Assembly (NCBI RefSeq): GCF_000281045.1
Contig: NW_008246076.1
Coordinates: 719,376 to 739,375 of the forward strand
Length of the DNA: 20,000 bases
Direction of reading: 5' to 3'
Source: Saprolegnia diclina VS20
Lineage: Eukaryota
Positions 11,796 through 20,000 of this stretch are shown one piece after another (position 1 is the first letter of the stretch; every line of letters starts with the position of its first letter). Both the position numbers and the translations under genes were made by a program. Below the pieces are notes generated by a model. The model had not been told where the DNA came from and made no database searches. It worked only from the letters and a program-made list of their open reading frames with translations.

Positions 11796-13607
11796 CATTT
11801 TTCACACACCGAATCTTGACCCAGATTCGCCGCAAGGCCATTGGCCAAAATTCACGCGAAAACAACACGCGAATCTTGTGTTTAAAACAGTCGCGCCGAC
11901 GCCCATGGTGGCACGTGCGATGGGCTCCTTGGTTCCTTGTCGTGCGTGCACGAGGCGAGTCCACGGCGACGTCGCAACACGCATCCGGTGCGCAGCGAGC
12001 GGTGGCGAATGCGCGAAAACGGCCAGCGTGGATTTTCGAAGGTTTGCAGTGACAGACCAGATCAGCGAAGACCAGTTGCCGACCGTCGTCGAAGGCTCCT
12101 GGGCTTAGATTCCATGGAAGGGTCGCTACATCCGCTACGCTGGGCCTGAAGCAAGGCGCTGTTTCGAGATGCACCTGCCACCTGCATGGCAGTGTCCATA
12201 GGTTCTCTAGCTCTATCACAGAGAGCAGCTGTAAATGGTTGGGATCCCTACATCTGCAGACATACTTTCCATAGTCCTATTGAAGGCTGATTTCGTCAAA
12301 GCCTGCTGGCAAGGCCTCGAGGCCGAGCGTCCAGTATGCTGCGACTCGAAGGGCGCCTTGTCAAGCTGGTCGTTTTATACAGACGTTTTAAACAATGTTT
12401 GCAACACATGTGCCCTGTGTCGCGCTTTTGTATCCGGTAAGTTGGATACAAATCGCAAGCTTGCATCGGAGTATCCGGATACACACGCGTGCAAAAAACA
12501 CGTTTTTCACGTGGGTTTTTCGGGTTAAATGGGACTGCGAACGGGGACGAAGCTTTTTTGTGCTCCAGATGGCGACACGCGTGGGTCGACAGCGCCAGTT
12601 CTGCGAGGGGACAGCATCTTCTCGCTGCGTCGTGGCTGCAAGTTGGCATTTCTCGTTTGTCGAAACGCTGCGATTTCTTTGAGTCGCGACAGAATGCCGA
12701 GCTGCGACGAATATACAATATACTGGTGTACGTGCTACTAGCACGCTCGGGTGTAGAGGCGCGGGCCACGATGCATGCATGTCTTGGTCCTCAGCGTGTC
12801 GTAGAACTGCAGACCGCAATTCACGTCCGCTGCTTTCTCACTCCAAGTGGCAAGCGCCAGGCCGTGGCGCCACGTCAAGCGACTAAAACGCGTTTTATTC
12901 CGGCTGTCGACGCCAAATGGCCACGTCACGGCCACCTGAGTTGGCGCGACGGACGGCACCTTGCCGCGCATGCTTTACACATCCTGTCGTCGCAGGTTTG
13001 GTCAATCGGTACTTTAAATTACAAGCAACTTGACTTACAGAAGCAGGTGAAAAGACCAAATTTGGTCTTTCGCCTACTTCTATGAGGCAAGTATTTAATG
13101 CAACCTTCCATTTTTGCCTGCGCGAAAGGCTTCCCGTCTGCAGGTCCACGTCTGCAACGTCGAGTGCAGTTGACGGTACTGGATCATCTCGAGACAAGCC
13201 AAAGCTGCGAGCAGCAAATGCCGATACATTGGTCGGTCGCCAAACCCGTCCTTGTCTCTGGTGCTTGCCTTGGGAGCTTTCACGAGCAGACACATTTTCC
13301 ATGAAACGCGTTTGGTGCCAATGCTCTCTACTGCCTCTGCTACTGCCTCATGACTGGGCAGCGCCGTCTCGGCAATGACCTCCTCTCTTGGCGGCGGTGG
13401 GTCCTGCAGGGACGCCGTCGTCAAGTTGGACTTGCAGCGAAGCAAATAAAAATATAGAATGTAGCCATTCTGAATTGATCAACATATGTTCAAAACCGCA
13501 GTACTATTAATAGCAGTGGACAAGATTGTCTATTGCTTGATAGTACTACACACATCTAGTTACTAGAATATACACTAACAAGTAAGGTGCGGCGTGGACA
13601 TGCTGAA

Positions 13608-16261
13608 TCACCACGAGACAGCCGTCTTCTCGATGGTCTCGATGAGCTGGGACGGCAGCAGCTCGCGGCTAAAGAACGCGACGGTGCCAAACTCGGCGCT
13701 AAATTGATCGCTGTAGAGCTGTGCGAGCCAGTACCAGTACGGCTGCTCCTTGTTGGCCGTCGATAGCTGGTCGCTGACAGCGCTTCCTGTCGACGTTGAC
13801 CACCACGCGCCGCTGTCCGGTGACGTCTCCGTCACCTGGGAGAGGCAGGCCGCGTACTCGTTTTTGAGACACATCATAACTTCCGCACTCGCCCGTTCCA
13901 GCACCTCGGACAGCGACCGGACGCGGTACTTGGCGTCAAACTTGGTCTCGTGACCCGGCAAGGTCGTGAATTGATGTAGGTCCAACAGATCCACCGTCGC
14001 AAAGGCAGCTTCGAGACCGTCGAGCTCGACAGTCTCCTCAAAGATGTCGTAGCGCTCGCGCAGCTGCATAGCTTGCGTGGAGAAGGCAGCGCGCCACAGC
14101 CACTGACTGCGCTCCTTGGGCCACGGCTCGTGCGCGCGCGTGTGATATGACGCAAGGTGGTCGAGCAGCGCGCGGCGCAGCGACCAGACGACCAGGAACG
14201 GGTTGTGGAGACCGAGGCCGCCGAGTTTGAGCGGCCATTGGGCCCACGCTGCTGGCAGCGTCTCGCCCAAGAGCGCCGCATGCCGCTGCGCAATGCGAGC
14301 TCGGAGAGCTGCGAGCACATCGCCGTTGGGAAAGATCTTGTGGTGGACGCGGCGCAGCGTCTCGGCGACCGCGTCGGCGTGCGTCAACCCAAAGATGGGC
14401 GAGACCGAGCCAAAGTTGCGGACAAAGAAGACCATGTACTTGTTGTAGACGTTGATCCAGCGAAAGACGGACGGCGCAACAGCGAGGCGGTCCCGGAGCT
14501 CGAGTGCGAACGCGTCGACCTTGTCGTCGAGGATGCGGACGTTCGCGTCCGACTGCAGTTCGAGCAGCCCCCAGCGAATTGGTGTCGACGGCATCGGCGC
14601 CGGTGCGGCGTGAACACCGGTGAGCGCGCTCGAGAGCACGACCGACCCGCTCTTTTCGACGTTAAACGAAAGGCCGGCGACGGCAGCCCAAGACTCCATC
14701 GAGCGCCACGCCATGGCGGCCTTGTCACCGTCTGCATCGAAGAAGATGATGTCGTCGTGGCGCCGGAAGAGGTGGATACCGGTCGTCGACCGGACGCTAA
14801 AGTCCATGACGAAGAGAAGCATCTCGGAGAGGAACATGGTCATCGCACGCCCGACCGAGAGACCGCGCTGCATAATACGAGGCGACGTCGCACCGGGAAA
14901 GCGAAGCGGCAGTTGCATGTACCGGGTAAAGATACCGCGTTGTCTCGTCGACGCCAAAGAAGCGGAGGCAGCCGAGCACCGTCGCGTGTGAGACCGATGG
15001 GCCAAAGAACGCGAGGTCGGTCGTGACGGCCGTCAGCGACTTGGGTTTGCCCTCGGGACTGAACGCCGTCTGGTACTGCGCCTCGGCGCTCAGCATGCGC
15101 AGGAGGTCGAGCTTGGACGCGCCGGCAAAACCCGACTTGCGTTGACCCGACACTTCGTCGTAGCCGCCATTGGTCGCGTCGAGCGCGGCGAGCGTAAAGA
15201 CATCACGCAGCTCCTTGCGCGTGGCATCGACGGATCCGCGGGCCGGTCGTGCAGTCGGCTCGAGCGCTTGCAACAGCGTCGCCATCTCCCCACGAATCGT
15301 AGTGCCCCAGACCATACCCACGTGCTGGAAGAGCAGAAGCGAGACAGCGTCTTCCTGAAGGTGGCAGCGGTACCGACCGCTGATGCCGCGCTTGAACTGG
15401 ACGGGCACGCCGTCGGCAGGCCAGCTAAACTCGGTCAGGTTGCTCAGCTCGATCGTAAGCACGTCGGCGAGCTCCTGCTGCGTCGTCGTGTTGCCTTGGA
15501 CGTCGCGCAAAAAGTCGGCCACGTCGTCGGCCAAGGTCGCCGCGTCCCGCAGCAGGAGCGTCGCCGCTTTGACGACGTCGTCGCTCGAGACCTTGGCGCG
15601 CAAACGGAATGACTCGGAGAACTCGCTGAGCTCGGCACGCACGCAGCTCAGCGCATCTCGGACACGGGCCCACTTTTTCACGGCCGTACTCGGGCCGTTC
15701 GGCAAAAACGGTCGATTCGAGGTAGTCAAAGACAGCCTCTTCGGTCACACCGGGGGCTGGTGCGAAGAAGTATTGTTCGAGCTGCGCTTGTGTCTCGGCT
15801 ACCGTGAGCTCGCCGACACCGCTGCTGGTCGCGTCACCCACGGCTTCCCACTCGGCATCGACGGGCGCCAGCTCTTCGGCCAACGACTCGTGCAAAAGCG
15901 CGCCGAGCAGCTTGTTGTGTCGCCAGAGCGACTGGCGTTGGTCGATCTCCTTGAGCAGCGACGATCGGTGTTGGGCCACCGCCTGCGCCGTGGTCCAGAC
16001 ATCACTCTTGGCAAAGTCGGCGAGCGCGCCCATGTGATCCAGTCCCGGATGCAACGGCGTCTGCACGACCTGCAAGTCCTTGACACCAGCGTAGAGCGTC
16101 TCAAGCTGAACGCGCATCGGCGCCTCGGCGTGGTTCGCCGCTGCCAGCAGCGCCGCGTAGTGCGACCGCAGACGCTGCTCGTGGGCGTTGAGCTCGCGCA
16201 GCTTGATCTTGGTCGCCGTCTGCAGCACTTGATGCTTCATCGCGCCATGGGTCGTCGACAT
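13608..16261 (-). pseudogene. rvt: rvt-type cellular reverse-transcriptase-related gene, about 884 aa if repaired, with two frameshifts (about 15676 and about 14940); true pseudogene or assembly indels
   Basis: Helical/coiled-coil-like N-terminus (QTATKIKLRELNAHEQRLRSHY), ELADVLTIEL...FSWP...GRYRCHLQED, RT motif TTDLAFFGPSVSH, LRFFGV, QRGLSVGRAMTMFLSE, catalytic FRRHDDIIFF, GLSFNVEKSGSV, PIRWGLLEL, PLKLGGLGLHNPF, terminal PYWYW..LY...FG...LLP. These match the rvt family layout as I recall it. No gag, endonuclease, RNase H or integrase seen. Confidence 0.88.
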
Positions 16262-16287
16262 GCTGGAGATAGTGTGCGGTGGAAAGG

Positions 16288-16302
16288 GCAAACTCGGAAA
16301 TG
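16288..16302 (-). promoter_or_regulatory. Inr/FPR-like core promoter of rvt (CATTTCCGAGTTTGC)
   Basis: Same spacing as the motifs at 4167 and 6151; 26 nt upstream of the ATG at 16261. Confidence 0.55.
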
Positions 16303-16950
16303 CGGGCTTCAAGCATCGAGGTGATTTATCCGGATAGAAATATATCCGGATGCTGTCGTGAATAATTGTGATTTGTGGATAATTTTGTGTCGTTGGTGTG
16401 GAAAGAACTTCACTCACAGCATGGTCAATGCTTCGACTATAGTGCAATGGAATCATTTGACTTTGCAAGGGACGCAGACCTTCATTCGTTCACGGGTCAT
16501 ACGAGAAAAATAGTCATTGATGGTCTGCACGAGCGCGCTGCGTTGTCGGACAGCCATAGAATTTAGAGCCCACTTAGTAATAATCTCTTGGCGCCGCAGA
16601 ATAAAATTTTACTAGACTCTTCGGGAATGCTGGGTTTGGACAAAAATATGTTCACCGAGCGCCGGCTTCAGGATTGTGTGTACTTCCTCGGACCGTCGCC
16701 GACAGAGCTAATGGACACGACGCCGACGACGCCGCAGAGACGATCCGCTGCATTCTGGAGTAGGAAGAAATTTTGAATGAGATAGCAATGGCATGCAGCC
16801 GCCGCAACGTGTATTCGATTGACTTCGTCTATGCTGTCGTCAATATCTCGTAAACAACAGCTAATATCAGCTGCAAGTTGCACAATTTGTACGCACTCCT
16901 AGCCATCGTACTAAAACAACACACAGTGGTTCCATTTTTTAGGCAACATG

Positions 16951-17082
16951 GACAAATGAAAAGGTCGCGCTGTCAGAGTGTCGAGGCGGGCGTCGGCGCG
17001 GGTGCGCTTGCGCTTGCGGTGGCGACGGTAGTAGGACCAGTCGAAAAGCGTACACTAGTCCGTCCCAGGCTTCAGCACCGTG
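16951..17082. repeat. About 132-bp direct repeat, second copy at 19833-19968 (3' ends of paralogous genes)
   Basis: Shared gacaaatgaaa...cccaggcttcagcaccgtg with a 56-nt identical core (16980-17035). Confidence 0.92.
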
Positions 17083-17724
17083 GCGGGTGCGTTGGGATAA
17101 AACAGGGTGCACTCGTCGCAGACCGGCTCTGGCCCACGCTTGCGCAGGCTGAGGGATGTTCGTTCGTAAATGAAATCATGACAACCTTCTTCGTCGTCGC
17201 AGCCAACGGGTGCGGGACGTCGTCGAGCTGGTCGTCTTTGTCAAGCAGCTCGGCGGCGAAATAGGCCGGCGCTGTTGACATTGCAGAGACGACTTGGTTC
17301 GAGGTTGCTTGCGCCGCGCGAAAGTCGGCTGCCTTGGGCAGCGGCAGTGGGACCTTACCGGCAGCAATCGCCTTCTTTCGCGCCCGACTAGGAACATATA
17401 GTGTGAATCCGAATGAACACAAGGACATCGTACCGAGCACGTTTGTACGCGGACTTGAACTCCCGATTCGCCACGCTCCACGCCTTGTTCTTGGCCTGGA
17501 GGGCTTCCTTGTGCTTCTGGCGGTACTGCTTCGTCGTTGCTGCAATTTTCTTTGCGTTCGCTGGGCAGTACTGCCTGCTTCTTCGTGGCCAGCATTCTTG
17601 CCTTGCGGGAGGCGTAGCGCATTTTGTCCTTCATCCGCAATTTTTCCTTGTTGGCCGCTACGTACTTTTTGCAGGCGGCTCGATGGCGCGCCTTCTTCTC
17701 GTCGTCCACGGTGCTTCCTGTCAT
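16951..17724 (-). pseudogene. Degraded gene: basic helical repeats (KKYVAANKEKL / KQYRQKHKEAL / AWSVANREFK) plus C-terminal CxxC...CxxC zinc finger and basic tail
   Basis: ATG at 17724; 4-bp duplication frameshift (17571-17578); intron 17388-17433; last exon VCDEC...KPGTD*CTLFDWSYYRRHRKRKR has TAG (17055-17057) where the paralog at 19848-20000 has CAG, and it lacks the last Cys. Confidence 0.65.
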
Positions 17725-17772
17725 CGTGGCTTGTTGAAGAATGACACCACCAGCGCTGGCACCGCCCCGTGA

Positions 17773-17871
17773 GCCCGTTGGATTCGATCTCGGTATTCGG
17801 ATGACAGTGAGCTGGCAGGCCGTGGTGCCCGTTGGATTCGATCTCGGTATTCGGATGACAGTGAGCTGGCA
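17773..17871. repeat. Perfect 45-bp direct repeat x2 with 9-nt spacer
   Basis: gcccgttggattcgatctcggtattcggatgacagtgagctggca at 17773-17817 and 17827-17871. Confidence 0.95.
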
Positions 17872-18320
17872 CTTTCGCACATATTTCATCTAGCAATACC
17901 TCTACGAACGGTCATTCACGCTTTTTGGTCGAGTCCTATTGGTGCACGCAAAAGGACAACCTCAATACCTTCTGTCTTTCATGCATTTTTCCTTTCTCCG
18001 AACTATACCAACGTAATGGTATAATTTCATTTCGTATCTTTTAATTTATCGGTTGCAGTGCTCGCTCCAGTCGACTGCGACGGTGCACTCTCAGAAAGAC
18101 TCGACTGGACTACCAATGTGGATGCCCAAGAGTACGGGATCCTGCCCCGCATAAAAACGATCTTCGACACTATGTTGCTACTGCTTCAGCAATATGCTGG
18201 TCCGCCCGCCAAATCTCGCTTTTCAAATTCCAGCCAATCATATGGCGTTCATGCTGCCAATTTTAGCCAATCCAAACGGGGATCTTTCCAAGCGGCTGGA
18301 AATTGCAATCCGCCAGCACG

Positions 18321-19633
18321 ATGGCCAAGGCGGCAACTCCGACCCGGCTGCCACCGCACGTGGCCGCGACGATCATGCGCTTTGTGGACACTTCGACCAC
18401 GCTGCTTGCGGTGCTCGATGCGCTGTCCAGTGCGAGCCCGTTCTTCATTGCGCTGCGGGCGCTGGCGACCGTCGTGCCACCGTGGATGCTTTGGCGTGTC
18501 CTCGACGTTAACGTCGCTGTGCCAGCGTCGCGCGCGCACCCCGAGCTCTTCAAGTGCGTCCTTGCTGGCCATCCGAACGTCTTTATGGACGTGTCCGACG
18601 CGCCAAAGTACGCTCGCATGCTCTTGCCCGAGGCCAAGCTCACAATGGTCGAGGACGCGTGCGACCTCGCGAAGCTCGATCGTGACCTCTTGGCGCAAGT
18701 GACCACCTTGTTTGTCTTTGATATCCGGTCGCTTCCGAATGTCGTCCAACTGCTGGCGTACATGCCACGTCTGCGCCTCGAGTTGAACGCAAGCGAGCTC
18801 GAGGACGACGCTGCTGTCGCCTTCTTGCTTGCCAACACATCGGCCAATGTGCGCTGCATGGAAATGACACTGCCGACCGAGTGGTTCAAGATGACCGAGG
18901 CGACGGCCATGTGTGTCGCGACGGTGCTCCCGACGTTGCCGTTGACAGCGTTGACGTTCAAGTGCATGCTGGCGTCCGAGGACAGCGCCAAGGGGCTCCA
19001 TGACGCGCTGCAGTCGATACCGACGCTTCGCAAACTCCGATTTGAGTTTCCGAGCTCACTCGCCTGTGGGTTTGCAGCCTGCGCCGCAAGCAAGACGACC
19101 GCGTTTCCGCAGATCACGTCGTGGCACCTCGACGCACATAGAGCGTCTTCCCAATGCTTGGCTCCATGGGCCACTTGCACGACTTGCATATCGACCTCGG
19201 TTCGCCCTTGGACGACGAAGGCTTCGACGTGCTCATGACCATCGTCGAGGCGCTGCCGCTGCACTCGCTGAGCCAAATCGGACTACTCTCGAGCCGGGTG
19301 CGCGTCATTGCGTTCAAGAGCGCGCTCTCCACGCAGAGCACGGTGCGAACGCTGAGCTTGGACTTTGTATGGCTCAAGCCGGAAGGTCTCGACATCCTCG
19401 CCAGCCTCATCATGCCCCACATTGAGCACCTCGATCTCTGCTACAACTATCTGACGGACGACAACATCATGCTGCTCGTTGGATTGGTCGCGGCCTCCAA
19501 CCTCCGGTCGCTTTGGCTCGCGAGCAATGATCTCTCGGTAGCAGGCAAAGAGAAGTTGCGCCGCTACGTGCTGACGTTGCCACGCGGCCCGTGCCACCTT
19601 CGGCTCGACGAAGCCGACGCCTTTGACTGGTAG
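18321..19633 (+). pseudogene. F-box-like N-terminus + RNI-like LRR protein with one frameshift at about 19140
   Basis: RLPPHVAATIMRFVD at the N-terminus; LRR segments LRKLRF, LHDLHI, VRTLSLDF, IEHLDLCYNYLTDD, LRSLWLASNDLS. The frame change between ORFs 18303-19238 and 19154-19633 has no plausible intron. Confidence 0.7.
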
Positions 19634-19847
19634 TCATTGGAATCGATTGTTTTGGATTTGAGTTTGAGATTGTCTGTTGAATTAAGGAAGATCAAAAGAG
19701 CGTACATCTTGTCGGGATATCGATAGACGATAAAAGCTAGGTTAGCAAGAAAGGACTCTGCGAGAGTGCGTCGAAGTGACCCAAGACAGAAGCTCGTTAT
19801 TGAGCGTTGAATACACTGGATTAGGTAAAATCGACAAATGAAAAAGC

Positions 19848-20000
19848 TCACGCCGTCAGAGCGTCGAGGCGGGCGTCGGCGCGGGTGCGCTTGCGCTTGC
19901 GGTGGCGACGGTAGTAGGTCCAGTCGCGGCAGAGCGTACACTGGTACGTCCCAGGCTTCAGCACCGTGTTCGTTGCCGATGTGAGCGCATTCGGCTGGAA
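19848..20000 (-). CDS. 3' end of the paralog of the 16951-17724 gene, intact over the visible part (…TVLKPGTYQCTLCRDWTYYRRHRKRKRTRADARLDALTA*)
   Basis: Frame open from the window edge to TGA at 19848-19850; CxxC and NLS-like RRHRKRKR. Confidence 0.7.
   Translation of the reverse strand, partial: FQPNALTSATNTVLKPGTYQCTLCRDWTYYRRHRKRKRTRADARLDALTA

Noticed and set aside
11758..13445. Several 60-198 aa ORFs in the rvt-TUTase spacer
   Set aside because: No codon bias or domain signal, and no consistent splice model found.
15673..15689. Tiny GT..AG intron to fix the first rvt frameshift
   Set aside because: At 17 nt it is far below the local 46-58 nt intron size, and it does not restore the needed frame.
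13608..16261. Retrotransposon, retron or group II intron interpretation of the RT
   Set aside because: No gag, protease, RNase H, integrase, endonuclease, LTR or poly(A) seen. The motifs and length fit rvt, and the context is eukaryotic.
17773..17871. CRISPR-like array
   Set aside because: Only two copies with a 9-nt spacer, no cas genes, and a eukaryotic context.
16951..19968. Direct repeats as LTRs around an element
   Set aside because: No TG...CA ends or internal retroviral genes. The repeat translates as a paralogous last exon.

Overview
Gene-dense eukaryotic DNA with GC-rich exons and short (46-58 nt) GT-AG introns. It is most consistent with an oomycete, probably Saprolegniales (inferred from intron size, Inr/FPR-like core promoters, a secreted ricin-B lectin and an F-box-like/LRR gene). 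The left part (1-11.7 kb) holds intact genes: a partial hypothetical gene, a PH-domain protein, a small single-TM protein, an ankyrin/Pro-rich protein, a secreted Cys-rich + ricin-B lectin, an EF-hand + SAM protein, and a Cid1-type terminal nucleotidyltransferase with a CCHC knuckle. The main feature is an intronless rvt-type cellular reverse-transcriptase-related gene (13608-16261, minus, about 884 aa, RHDD catalytic motif). Two frameshifts split it into three ORFs. It lies upstream of, and co-oriented with, the nucleotidyltransferase, and the spacer between them contains hairpins and palindromes. All three complete genes right of 13.6 kb (rvt, a basic-repeat/Zn-finger gene, an LRR gene) carry disabling lesions. 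A paralog of the Zn-finger gene whose visible 3' end is intact enters at the window end. All assignments come from motif recognition by eye; no searches were run.
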